Virus record (IMG/VR): IMGVR_UViG_2541047930_000003
DNA: 51,780 nucleotides
Direction: 5' to 3' (one strand)
Source: a virus
Taxonomy: Duplodnaviria; Heunggongvirae; Uroviricota; Caudoviricetes
The notes under the pieces are model-generated. The model had not been told where the DNA came from. It made no database searches and saw nothing but the letters and a program-made list of their open reading frames with translations. Below are positions 28,972-38,287 of this stretch, piece after piece; the stretch's first letter is position 1; each line of letters begins with the position of its first letter. The translations under genes and the position numbers were made by a program.

Positions 28972-29148
28972 ATGGCCGGATTAACTAAAGAGCAAAGAGC
29001 ACAGCGTGAAGCCGCACAAAAAACGCAAATTGAGTTAGTGGTTATGGTGACCGATTATCAGATGTTTCCCGGCGCACCAACTATCGCTAATGTTCATCCT
29101 GATGAAGTTGACAACTGGAAAGCTATGGGCTGGAAAACTCAGGAGTAA
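28972..29148 (+). CDS. Small head-associated protein (58 aa), below ORF-track cutoff
   Basis: Hand translation MAGLTKEQRAQREAAQKTQIELVVMVTDYQMFPGAPTIANVHPDEVDNWKAMGWKTQE; GGAGGG RBS. Confidence 0.45.
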   Translation: MAGLTKEQRAQREAAQKTQIELVVMVTDYQMFPGAPTIANVHPDEVDNWKAMGWKTQE

Positions 29149-29151
29149 CAC

Positions 29152-29547
29152 ATGATCACTTACGTGACCTGTGATGACGTTGATAATGCGTTTGGGAACG
29201 CCTGGACGAGTGAGAACGCTAAAAATAAAGCTGTTTTAATGGCTAATGCCTGGCTTAATGGCTTCAACCTGAAAATTAACCCATCCCGTATTCCGGAAGA
29301 GGTAAAACTTGCGGGAGCATATGCAGCCAGAATTGCCTCATTCGGTAAGTTGTTTCAGCAGAAAAATGATTCTGGCGTTGTTATCAGTAAAGCCGTGTCG
29401 GCTGACGGGGTCAGTGTATCGAAATCATTTGCTGAGTTGCCAGCAAACAGCACTGCATTGCTTGAACCCGATTTACAGCTTGCGATAGCACTGCTGAAAC
29501 CGTACGGACTTAGTCGCTCACAAGTCAGGGTTGTGAGGGGGGGATAA
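29152..29547 (+). CDS. Head-tail connector / DNA packaging protein (131 aa)
   Basis: Position and size in head-tail joining block. Confidence 0.5.
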   Translation: MITYVTCDDVDNAFGNAWTSENAKNKAVLMANAWLNGFNLKINPSRIPEEVKLAGAYAARIASFGKLFQQKNDSGVVISKAVSADGVSVSKSFAELPANSTALLEPDLQLAIALLKPYGLSRSQVRVVRGG

Positions 29548-29930
29548 TGGGGCTTCGTGAAGAGATTCAGTCAGAGGTTGCCGCTGCTTTTGATGAGGAT
29601 TTAGCGGACGCCGTGAGTGATTTTTCTGGTTCTTACGTTACGCACCGGCACTGGGATCCTGTGACGGAAACTGGCGGCGAATCCACCGCAATCTATACCG
29701 GGCGAGGCGTGTTGACACGTTATAAGCTGGGCAGAATTGATGGGATTAATATTTTGCATGGTGACCTTAAATTAACCGCTCTGGTATGCGAGGTTACGGA
29801 TAAACCCGCTGTCGACCATATTATTGAGATTTATGATCCTGTATCAAGGCAGTTACAACGATACGAGGTAATTACAGCGAGTGTAGATCCTTCCGCATCA
29901 GTTTACTCTATCCAGTTAAGGAGAGCGTAA
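29547..29930 (+). CDS. Head-tail adaptor / head closure protein (127 aa)
   Basis: Translationally coupled (TAATG) in head-tail joining block. Confidence 0.5.
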   Translation: MGLREEIQSEVAAAFDEDLADAVSDFSGSYVTHRHWDPVTETGGESTAIYTGRGVLTRYKLGRIDGINILHGDLKLTALVCEVTDKPAVDHIIEIYDPVSRQLQRYEVITASVDPSASVYSIQLRRA

Positions 29931-30311
29931 ATGGAAAAGGCATGGGATATAGAACCGTCAATATTTGCCGGGATGATTGAGGAAGATGTGGGGCTGAAGA
30001 TTCGCTACATCGCTATGCAGATTCTTACTGCTATTGATATTGCTGCTCCGGTTGATACCGGACGTTTCAGAAATAACAACCTGGTGTCGTTACAGCATCC
30101 CGATTTTGGTATATCTGATAACGTGGATCCGAACGGTACGATTGCGGTTCAGCGTGGGATCGGGGTTATTTCGAAAGCTGCAAATTACGGAGTTATTTAT
30201 ATCCAGAATAACCTTCCTTATGCAGAGGCTCTTGAAAACGGTCATTCACAACAAGCGCCAACTGGCGTGTATGCCAACGCTTTTCATAGTGTTTTACAGG
30301 CTTACAAATGA
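29931..30311 (+). CDS. Neck / tail completion protein (126 aa)
   Basis: Position; translational coupling with neighbours. Confidence 0.5.
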   Translation: MEKAWDIEPSIFAGMIEEDVGLKIRYIAMQILTAIDIAAPVDTGRFRNNNLVSLQHPDFGISDNVDPNGTIAVQRGIGVISKAANYGVIYIQNNLPYAEALENGHSQQAPTGVYANAFHSVLQAYK

Positions 30312-30700
30312 CGTTTACTGAAATCAGAAATACGGTTATTTCCAGAATGACGGCACAGACGATTATTGATGGAAAAGACGTATTGTATCCGAACGGGCCA
30401 ACGTTCGATCCTTCCGGTAAATTAATCTGGGCGCGGTTAAGTAATATTCCCGGGCAGGCTGGAGTTAATGAAATTGGCGCGGGGCCGGTTGTTTATCGCA
30501 CGGGGATAATCATTATTCAGTTATTTGTCCCCGCAGGTTCTGGTTCAAAACTCATTACTGAGACAGCCGATAAATTGCGGGAACTGTTTGAGTTTCAGGA
30601 TGACGATCGTCTCAGTTACCAGGCTGTTTCCTCAATAGCCGTTGGCGAAAAGAATGGCTGGTTCCAGCTTAATCTTCAAATTCCATATCGCGCGCTCTAG
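30308..30700 (+). CDS. Tail terminator / tail attachment protein (130 aa)
   Basis: Position immediately upstream of major tail protein. Confidence 0.5.
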   Translation: MTFTEIRNTVISRMTAQTIIDGKDVLYPNGPTFDPSGKLIWARLSNIPGQAGVNEIGAGPVVYRTGIIIIQLFVPAGSGSKLITETADKLRELFEFQDDDRLSYQAVSSIAVGEKNGWFQLNLQIPYRAL

Positions 30701-30726
30701 CGCAATTAATGACATAGGAGGCTCCT

Positions 30727-31689
30727 GTGAGTTCAGGTGCAAAGGTTATCTCGGCATTTATCCGGGAGACAGTTGCAGGCACTACGCCAGCAAGTGGTGA
30801 CTGGAGTTTATTAAAACGAACAAGCTGGGGAGTAAAACCCACCCAGAATAAAGGCGAAAATAATGAGATTGGTGGCTCCCGGATGGCTCAGGGGGCGACG
30901 CCTGGCACTGTGGATGTCGGCGGTGATGTTGGTACCAAATTTCGCTGGGGTCAACATGATGATTTTCTTGCATCCTGTTTCGGCGCGGAATGGTCAGGCG
31001 ATTCTCTGACAATGGGGAATGAGCGAATAACATTTTCTCTGGCGACCTATGCGTCCGATGTCGGAATTGCCTCTGTCGTCAGAGGAGCGCAGGTTGGCTC
31101 ATGGAAAATGCAGATCCCTAACGACGGCGATATTACAGCGACCGTAACCTTTGCCGGGCTGGACTGGGAATCAAAGGCCGATGATACGAATTTTATCAAA
31201 GGCGAACCTGTGGATAGTGCAGGAAAGCTACGTTATTCGTTTAAGGAGGTTTCAGCAGTAAGCCTGAATGGTGTTGCCGGAGGTAACGGTTTTTGTATCG
31301 ACAGTTTTGATATTCAGTTCGATAACAAACTCCAGACACAGCGTTGTATCGGGACTGGCTCGCCTTATGCAGGAGCAAATATTCCGACTACTTTTACACC
31401 GTCCGGTACGGTGACGCTTTCATGGTCTAAAGCTGCGTGGGAAATCTGGAGTAAAACACTGACTGGAGAAACAGTTCCGTTCAGCTTCACGCTTTCGAAT
31501 GGAGAGGGGGCATACACTTTCAGTTTCCCGAAGGTTCAGGTGTCAGGTGAATGGCCTGATGGGGGTAATACCGACATTATCCAGGTTCAATTGAGCATTA
31601 CCGCAGCAGATGAAGCACCTACGATAACCAGAAAAAAAGCCTCCCCGGCTGCCGTGATCGCAAAAGCCAGTGCTGAGGCGATTAGTTGA
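30727..31689 (+). CDS. Major tail (tube) protein (320 aa)
   Basis: GTG start preceded by GGAGG RBS; position upstream of G/GT chaperone and tape measure. Confidence 0.65.
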   Translation: MSSGAKVISAFIRETVAGTTPASGDWSLLKRTSWGVKPTQNKGENNEIGGSRMAQGATPGTVDVGGDVGTKFRWGQHDDFLASCFGAEWSGDSLTMGNERITFSLATYASDVGIASVVRGAQVGSWKMQIPNDGDITATVTFAGLDWESKADDTNFIKGEPVDSAGKLRYSFKEVSAVSLNGVAGGNGFCIDSFDIQFDNKLQTQRCIGTGSPYAGANIPTTFTPSGTVTLSWSKAAWEIWSKTLTGETVPFSFTLSNGEGAYTFSFPKVQVSGEWPDGGNTDIIQVQLSITAADEAPTITRKKASPAAVIAKASAEAIS

Positions 31690-31737
31690 TTTTCCGTTAT
31701 TCCCCCTGTGGTACTGCACTACAGGGGGGCGCATTGA

Positions 31738-32199
31738 ATGAGGTTATGGATGTTTATTCTTAATCAGAAAATTATCATCGGTGGTGAACGCTGGTTTACC
31801 CCAATGAAGGACTTAAAACCTGTAGACGGGTTAAAACTGTTGGTGGCAAGCAGCGATAACGATCAGTATCGCTCCCGTAATGCATTAATCCGTCGCCACA
31901 TTGAGAAAATGGATGCCAGTTTGCACGTCGGAACGAAGGAGTTTGATATTGCAAAGGTTTCCGAGGTGGATTCTGTTGATGATTTACTCATTGATAATGC
32001 TGCTCGTTATCTGCTGAAAGACTGGAAAGGGGTTGGTGAACTGGTTGATGGTGTTGAGGTTGCACTGGAATATACGCCAGAACGAGGGATCGCGCTGCTT
32101 AAGCAGAATCCGGAGTTGTACTGGCAGATCCTTGCAGAAGCAGCCAGCATCGCCCAGGGTAAAGAGCAGCAGAAGCAGGATACGATAAAAAAGCCATAG
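31738..32199 (+). CDS. Tail assembly chaperone (gpG-like, 153 aa)
   Basis: Position; ends in slippery heptamer A AAA AAG followed 2 codons later by stop. Confidence 0.7.
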   Translation: MRLWMFILNQKIIIGGERWFTPMKDLKPVDGLKLLVASSDNDQYRSRNALIRRHIEKMDASLHVGTKEFDIAKVSEVDSVDDLLIDNAARYLLKDWKGVGELVDGVEVALEYTPERGIALLKQNPELYWQILAEAASIAQGKEQQKQDTIKKP

Positions 32200-32507
32200 C
32201 CGCCCAGCGGTGGTTATCGGAGTTCGGGGGAGAAAAGGGTGAAAAGGCAAGATGGAAGCGAGAAAAACTCAGGTTGCCACCGATACCGGAACCAGAAATA
32301 GACCCGGTGCTTAAGGAATTGTTGTACGCCTATTCGGTAATATCCCGTGCCCGACGTTATGCTGGAATGACTGGGGTGCCTTTGCCTTTATCTCTGACAG
32401 AGATAAATGAATATTTAGCCACTCATCCGGTATTGATTGAGCGCGATGAATTTGAAGCAGTGATCTTTGCACTGGATGACCAGTATTTTCAGGAGCAGTG
32501 TGTGTAG
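31738..32507 (+). CDS. Tail assembly chaperone G-T fusion made by programmed -1 frameshift at A_AAA_AAG (~32187-32193)
   Basis: -1 frame is open from the slippery site through ORF 32274..32507. Confidence 0.65.
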
Positions 32508-32625
32508 TTGTTAATTACGTACACTCTGTTACAGAGATGTGATGGTGTCTTTAATTAAATCGATGATGCTCCTGGAGAAAAGCATTGCGTGGCCTCGTAA
32601 TCGCTATATCTACTATTATGTCGCC

Positions 32626-32650
32626 TGAAACCCACTTCGGTGGGTTTTTT
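32626..32650 (+). terminator. Terminator-like hairpin just upstream of the tape measure gene
   Basis: aaacccacttcggtgggttttttg. Confidence 0.45.
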
Positions 32651-32670
32651 GTTGTCAGGAGTTTTAATAA

Positions 32671-35600
32671 ATGGCAGAGCAAACCTCGCGTCTCGCAATA
32701 ATTATTGATAGCACTGGAGCGAAAAATAATGCTGACAATCTGACCTCCTCATTAGTCAAAATGACGCAGGCTGGGAAAACTGCTGCAAATAGCGCAGGGA
32801 AAGTGACTAAGGCAACAGAAGATGAGAAGAACGCGCTCGCAAAATTAAAAGCAGCTATTGATCCAGTTGGTGCCGCAATTGATACTGTCGGTCGACGCTA
32901 TTCTGAATTAAAGAAATTTTTCGATAAAGGGCTTATTGATAAAGAAGAATATGAATTTCTTGTCCGTAAACTTAATGAAACCACAGAGGAATTGAGCGGG
33001 GTTGCGCAAGCGCAGAGAGAAGCCGAGAAGGCCGGAAAACTTGCTGCCGCCCAGCAGGAAGCGCAGGCTCAGGCCTTTCAAAGAATGCTGGACAAGATCG
33101 ACCCTCTGGCTGCGGCGCTAAGAAATCTTGAACAACAGCAGGATGAACTTAATGCTGCGTTTGCATCCGGGAAAATAAATGGTTCTCAGTTTGAGAATTA
33201 TAGCCGAAAAATACAGGAAACACGGCGAGAGCTTACCGGAGAGGCTCAGGCAGAGCGAGAAGCAGCAAAAGCGCATGATGAACAGGTTGTTGCTTTGCAA
33301 CGTCTGATTGCTCAACTTGACCCTGTCGGAACTGCTTTTAACCGCCTGACAGAGCAGCAAAAGCAACTCAGCGAAGCAAAAGCCAAGGGGATGCTTTCTC
33401 CTGAAATGTATGAGGAGCTTTCAGGAAAACTTCGTGCTATGCGGAGTGAGCTTGAGGCTACTCAATCGCAACTAAGCAAAACCGGAATGTCGGCAAAACA
33501 AACGGCTTTTGCTATGCGCATGTTGCCTGCACAAATGACGGATATTGTTGTTGGGTTGTCCACTGGTCAGTCGCCATTTATGGTGTTAATGCAGCAGGGC
33601 GGCCAGCTAAAAGATATGTTCGGTGGGATTGGCCCGGCAATCAAAGGTGTAGGTTCTTATGTGCTGGGATTAATTAATCCTTTTACCCTGGCCGCAGCAG
33701 CCGTTGGCGTCTTAGGGCTGGCTTACTATAAAGGCTCTCAGGAGCAGAACGAATTTAATAAATCTCTTATTCTTACCGGAAATCAGTTGGGGACAACCAG
33801 CGGGCAATTGGCCGATATAGCTCAACGTGCCGGGAATGCGGCTGATTCGACAACTGGCGCTGCGGCGGCAGTATTAAACCAGCTTGTGCGTTCGGGAAAG
33901 GTAGCGAGCAGTTCGCTGGAGCAAGTGACGACAGCGATAGTAAAAACGAGCGAAGTAACAGGAATATCAACCGAACAACTGGTTAATGACTTCAATGAAA
34001 TTGCAAAGGATCCTGTCAGTGCTATATCAAAACTTAATGATCAGTACCATTTTCTGACACTTGCGACTTATAACCAAATTAAGGCGCTACAGGATGAAGG
34101 GAACCAGCAGGAGGCCGCCCGCATTGCGACAGAAGCATACTCATCCTCAATGATCCAGCGCACCAACCAGATTAAAGAAAATCTTGGTTATCTTGAGACT
34201 GCATGGAAAGCTGTCGCAGACTCCGCAAAATGGGCATGGGATTCCATGCTGGATATTGGCCGTGAGGCCTCCCTTGATCAAAAAATCTCAGATGTTCTCC
34301 GTCAAATTGATGAAATAGAAAAAAATACCCGACCCGGAGTTTTCGGGTTAGGTGGCATTGGAGATGGCGGAGCTCAAAATAAAAAGCTGGCACGATTAAA
34401 GCAGCAATTGGGCGTACTTCAAGCAGAAAAAATTGCTCAGGACGTACTAAATTCATCAATAAACGATTACAACAAGCGACAACAGGAAGGAATTGAACTC
34501 AGACAGAGAGCAGATGCTTTTTCAAAACAATATCAGACCCGGGAGCAGCAGAGAGCTAGTGAACTTGCAAAACTGGAAAAGCTAAAGAATCAGTATTCAA
34601 AGGAAGAATATAATAATCTTATCGCTCAAATAAATGAGCGTTACGAAGATCCAAAGCAACCAAAGGCGAAAGGTTATTCGGATGATGCTGCCCAACGAAT
34701 GATTGATCATCTGAATCAACAGAATGCGTTACTAAGTTCACAAGCTGAATTGACCGTTAAATTAAGTTCCTCTGAACAGGAACTGGTTAAGTGGCGTCAG
34801 CAGATTGCCGACCTGGAGTCACGACCGTCATCGAAATTAACCCAAGAGCAGAAATCACTTCTCTTACACCGGGAAGAAATAACCGCGTTGATGGAGAAAA
34901 ATGTTGCGATTGAAAAAAATAACAGGCTAATCAAAGAATCCGCCGAAATAGCCGCATGGCGTGATTCATTGCAGGCTTCGATTGATAATCGTCAGCAGGG
35001 GTATGATATTCAGATTGCTGGTTATGGGGTTGGCGATAAAAATCAGCAACGCCAGCAGGAATTACTGCGGATTGAACGTGAATATAACAATCAGCGTCTG
35101 CAACTTGAACGTGACTATGCAGATAAATCCCGTGGAATGTCAAATCATGTTTTTCAGGAGAAAATGCAGGCTCTGAATGATGCTCTGGAACGAGAAAAAG
35201 AAATTGTCAGCCAGAAAAACGAGCAGCTCGATATTCTGGCAGGAGACTGGATTAGTGGTGCCTCCCAAGGATTCAATAACTGGCTGGATGACACTAAGGA
35301 TATCGGTGCGCAGATAAAATCAACCACGACTCAGATGTTTGATGGGATGACCGATGCGCTAGGTGATTTTGTCACGACAGGCAAGGCAAATTTTCGTTCT
35401 TTCGCTACTTCCGTGATTTCGGATCTTAGTCGAATTGCATTAAAGGCTTCAATTACTGGGATTTTCGACAGCATTAGTAACAGTTCTTCTGGGGGTATTT
35501 TAGGAACTATCGGGAGTGCTATTAGTAAATTTATTCCGAATGCAAAGGGCGGTGTTTATGAGTCTCCGTCATTGAGTACATATTCGAACGGTATTTATGA

Positions 35601-35904
35601 CTCCCCGCAATTTTTTGCTTTTGCAAAAGGAGCTGGTGTTTTTGGTGAGGCTGGACCGGAAGCTATTATGCCATTAACGCGAACTTCCGATGGTTCTCTT
35701 GGTGTCAGAGCTATTAATAGTAAAAGTGGTAATGGAGGCAGAGATATTACTTATGCCCCTGTATACCAAATCACTATTCAAAATGACGGCCAGAATGGAG
35801 AGATTGGTCCTCAGGCAATAAAAGCACTTATGGGGATGGTTGATCAGCGGGTGCAGGGCGCTCTGTTAAATATGCGACGTGATGGAGGAATGTTAAGTGG
35901 CTAA
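32671..35904 (+). CDS. Tail tape measure protein (1077 aa)
   Basis: Very long helical, Ala/Gln/Glu-rich protein; position between G/GT and gpM-like gene. Confidence 0.9.
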   Translation: MAEQTSRLAIIIDSTGAKNNADNLTSSLVKMTQAGKTAANSAGKVTKATEDEKNALAKLKAAIDPVGAAIDTVGRRYSELKKFFDKGLIDKEEYEFLVRKLNETTEELSGVAQAQREAEKAGKLAAAQQEAQAQAFQRMLDKIDPLAAALRNLEQQQDELNAAFASGKINGSQFENYSRKIQETRRELTGEAQAEREAAKAHDEQVVALQRLIAQLDPVGTAFNRLTEQQKQLSEAKAKGMLSPEMYEELSGKLRAMRSELEATQSQLSKTGMSAKQTAFAMRMLPAQMTDIVVGLSTGQSPFMVLMQQGGQLKDMFGGIGPAIKGVGSYVLGLINPFTLAAAAVGVLGLAYYKGSQEQNEFNKSLILTGNQLGTTSGQLADIAQRAGNAADSTTGAAAAVLNQLVRSGKVASSSLEQVTTAIVKTSEVTGISTEQLVNDFNEIAKDPVSAISKLNDQYHFLTLATYNQIKALQDEGNQQEAARIATEAYSSSMIQRTNQIKENLGYLETAWKAVADSAKWAWDSMLDIGREASLDQKISDVLRQIDEIEKNTRPGVFGLGGIGDGGAQNKKLARLKQQLGVLQAEKIAQDVLNSSINDYNKRQQEGIELRQRADAFSKQYQTREQQRASELAKLEKLKNQYSKEEYNNLIAQINERYEDPKQPKAKGYSDDAAQRMIDHLNQQNALLSSQAELTVKLSSSEQELVKWRQQIADLESRPSSKLTQEQKSLLLHREEITALMEKNVAIEKNNRLIKESAEIAAWRDSLQASIDNRQQGYDIQIAGYGVGDKNQQRQQELLRIEREYNNQRLQLERDYADKSRGMSNHVFQEKMQALNDALEREKEIVSQKNEQLDILAGDWISGASQGFNNWLDDTKDIGAQIKSTTTQMFDGMTDALGDFVTTGKANFRSFATSVISDLSRIALKASITGIFDSISNSSSGGILGTIGSAISKFIPNAKGGVYESPSLSTYSNGIYDSPQFFAFAKGAGVFGEAGPEAIMPLTRTSDGSLGVRAINSKSGNGGRDITYAPVYQITIQNDGQNGEIGPQAIKALMGMVDQRVQGALLNMRRDGGMLSG

Positions 35905-35938
35905 TACGGAAGAATTTTACTGGTTACCAGAGGATGGA

Positions 35939-36235
35939 ATGAAAACAGAAAATAAGCCATCGATAAAAACTGTAAGATTTGGCGATGGTTATGAACAACG
36001 AAGCCCAAACGGACTTAATCATTCTCTGCGTGTTTTTACCTGTGATTTCAGGGTTGAGGCGAATGAACGTAATTCATTTGAACTGTTTCTGGCTCGGCAT
36101 GGAGGCTATAAATCTTTTTTTTGGCGCCCGCCGGGTATTAACAGAAAAATCAGAGTGGTGTGTCGAACGTGGTCAGCGACAGAACATATCACCTATACCG
36201 ATTTTTCATGTCAGTTTGACGAAGTGGTGATCTGA
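35939..36235 (+). CDS. Minor tail protein M (lambda gpM-like)
   Basis: KTVRFGDGYEQRSPNGLN ... HGGYKSFFWRPP ... FDEVV resemble lambda gpM; Met15 of ORF 35897..36235 with RBS. Confidence 0.85.
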   Translation: MKTENKPSIKTVRFGDGYEQRSPNGLNHSLRVFTCDFRVEANERNSFELFLARHGGYKSFFWRPPGINRKIRVVCRTWSATEHITYTDFSCQFDEVVI

Positions 36236-36933
36236 TGCAGGACATACGACAGGAAACACTGAATGAATGTATCCGTGCGGAGCAGTCGGCCAGCGTGGTG
36301 CTCTGGGAAATTGATCTGACAGAGGTCGGTGGGGAGCGTTACTTTTTCTGCAATGAGCAGAACGAAAAAGGTGAACCGGTTACCTGGCAGGGGCGAAAGT
36401 ATCAGGCGTACCCCATTCAGGGAAGCGGCTTTGAGATGAACGGTAAGGGCAGCAGCGCACGTCCCACACTTAAGGTATCAAACCTGCACGGCATGGTCAC
36501 CGGGATGGCGGAAGATCTGCAGAGTCTGGTCGGCGGAACGGTGGTCCGGCGTAAGGTTTACGCCCGTTTTCTGGATGCGGTGAACTTCGTCAACGGAAAC
36601 AGCGAAGCCGATCCGGAGCAGGAGGTGATCAGCCGCTGGCGCATCGAGCAGTGCAGCGAACTGAACGCGGTTAGCGCGGCCTTTGTGCTGTCCACGCCGA
36701 CGGAAACGGATGGTGCTGTTTTTCCGGGGCGCATCATGCTGGCCAACACCTGCACCTGGACCTATCGCGGTGATGAGTGCGGTTATAGCGGTCCGGCGGT
36801 CGCGGATGAATATGACCAGCCGACGTCCGATATCACGAAGGATAAATGCAGCAAATGCCTGAGTGGCTGTAAGTTTCGCAATAACGTCGGCAACTTTGGC
36901 GGCTTCCTTTCCATTAACAAACTTTCGCAGTAA
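36235..36933 (+). CDS. Minor tail protein L (lambda gpL-like, 232 aa)
   Basis: Lambda gpL-like sequence and position after M. Confidence 0.85.
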   Translation: MQDIRQETLNECIRAEQSASVVLWEIDLTEVGGERYFFCNEQNEKGEPVTWQGRKYQAYPIQGSGFEMNGKGSSARPTLKVSNLHGMVTGMAEDLQSLVGGTVVRRKVYARFLDAVNFVNGNSEADPEQEVISRWRIEQCSELNAVSAAFVLSTPTETDGAVFPGRIMLANTCTWTYRGDECGYSGPAVADEYDQPTSDITKDKCSKCLSGCKFRNNVGNFGGFLSINKLSQ

Positions 36934-36938
36934 ATCCC

Positions 36939-37682
36939 ATGACAGAGACAGAATCAGCGATTCTGGCGCACGCCCGGCGATGTGCGCCAGCGGAGTCGTG
37001 CGGCTTCGTGGTGAGAACGCCGGAGGGGGAAAGATATTTTCCCTGCGTGAATATTTCCGGTGAGCCGGAGGCGTATTTCCGGATGGCTCCGGAGGACTGG
37101 CTGCAGGCAGAGATGCAGGGTGAGATTGTGGCGCTGGTCCACAGCCACCCCGGTGGTCTGCCCTGGCTGAGTGAGGCCGACCGGCGGCTGCAGGTGCAGA
37201 GTGATTTGCCGTGGTGGCTGGTCTGCCGCGGGGCGATTCATAAGTTCCGCTGTGTGCCGCATCTCACCGGGCGGCGCTTTGAGCACGGGGTGACGGACTG
37301 TTACACGCTGTTCCGGGACGCTTACCATCTGGCGGGAATTGAGATGCCGGATTTTCATCGCGGGGATGACTGGTGGCGTAACGGCCAGAATCTCTATCTT
37401 GACAATATGGAGGCGACTGGTTTTTACCGTGCCGCACTGACAGAGGCGCAGCCGGGCGATGTGCTGCTGTGCTGCTTTGGTTCATCGGTGCCGAATCATG
37501 CCGCCATTTACTGCGGCGACGGCGAGCTGCTGCACCATATTCCTGAACAACTGAGCAAACGAGAGAGGTATACCGACAAATGGCAGCGACGCACACACTC
37601 CCTCTGGCGTCACCGGGCATGGCACGCATCTGCCTTTACGGGGATTTGCAACGATTTGGCCACCGCATCGACCTTCGTGTGA
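36939..37682 (+). CDS. Tail assembly protein K (lambda gpK-like, JAB/MPN plus NlpC/P60)
   Basis: HSHPGG JAB motif; Cys/His peptidase motifs; position. Confidence 0.85.
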   Translation: MTETESAILAHARRCAPAESCGFVVRTPEGERYFPCVNISGEPEAYFRMAPEDWLQAEMQGEIVALVHSHPGGLPWLSEADRRLQVQSDLPWWLVCRGAIHKFRCVPHLTGRRFEHGVTDCYTLFRDAYHLAGIEMPDFHRGDDWWRNGQNLYLDNMEATGFYRAALTEAQPGDVLLCCFGSSVPNHAAIYCGDGELLHHIPEQLSKRERYTDKWQRRTHSLWRHRAWHASAFTGICNDLATASTFV

Positions 37683-38227
37683 AAACGGGAGCCGAAGCTA
37701 TCCGGGCGCTGGCCACGCAGCTCCCGGCGTTTCGTCAGAAACTGAATGAGGGCTGGTATCAGGTGCGCATTGCCGGGCGTGATGCAGGCGAAAACGAATT
37801 ATCTGCCCGTCTTAATGAGCCGCTGGCAAATGGTGCCGTGATCCACATCGTACCGCGTCTGGCGGGTGCCAAAAGTGGCGGTGTTTTTCAGGCAGTGCTG
37901 GGGGCTGCGCTGATTGCGGTGGCATGGTGGAACCCTGTGGGCTGGCTGGGTGCCGCGGCTGTATCGGGTATGTATGCGGCAGGGGCCAGTATGATCCTGG
38001 GCGGTGTGGCGCAGATGCTGGCACCGAAAGCCAGAACTCCCCGCACACAGACAACGGATAACGGCAAACAGAACACGTATTTCTCCTCACTGGATAACAT
38101 GGTTGCCCAGGGGAATGTTCTGCCCGTTCTGTACGGTGAAATGCGCGTGGGGTCACGCGTGGTATCTCAGGAGATCAGCACGGCAGACGAAGGGGATGGT
38201 GGTCAGGTTGTGGTGATTGGTCGATGA
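37580..38227 (+). CDS. Tail assembly protein I (lambda gpI-like)
   Basis: Lambda gpI-like sequence; overlaps 3' end of K. Confidence 0.8.
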   Translation: MAATHTLPLASPGMARICLYGDLQRFGHRIDLRVKTGAEAIRALATQLPAFRQKLNEGWYQVRIAGRDAGENELSARLNEPLANGAVIHIVPRLAGAKSGGVFQAVLGAALIAVAWWNPVGWLGAAAVSGMYAAGASMILGGVAQMLAPKARTPRTQTTDNGKQNTYFSSLDNMVAQGNVLPVLYGEMRVGSRVVSQEISTADEGDGGQVVVIGR

Positions 38228-38287
38228 TGCAAAATATTTTATGTGAAACCGCCTCCGGGCGGTTTTGTCGTTTATGGAGCATGACGA

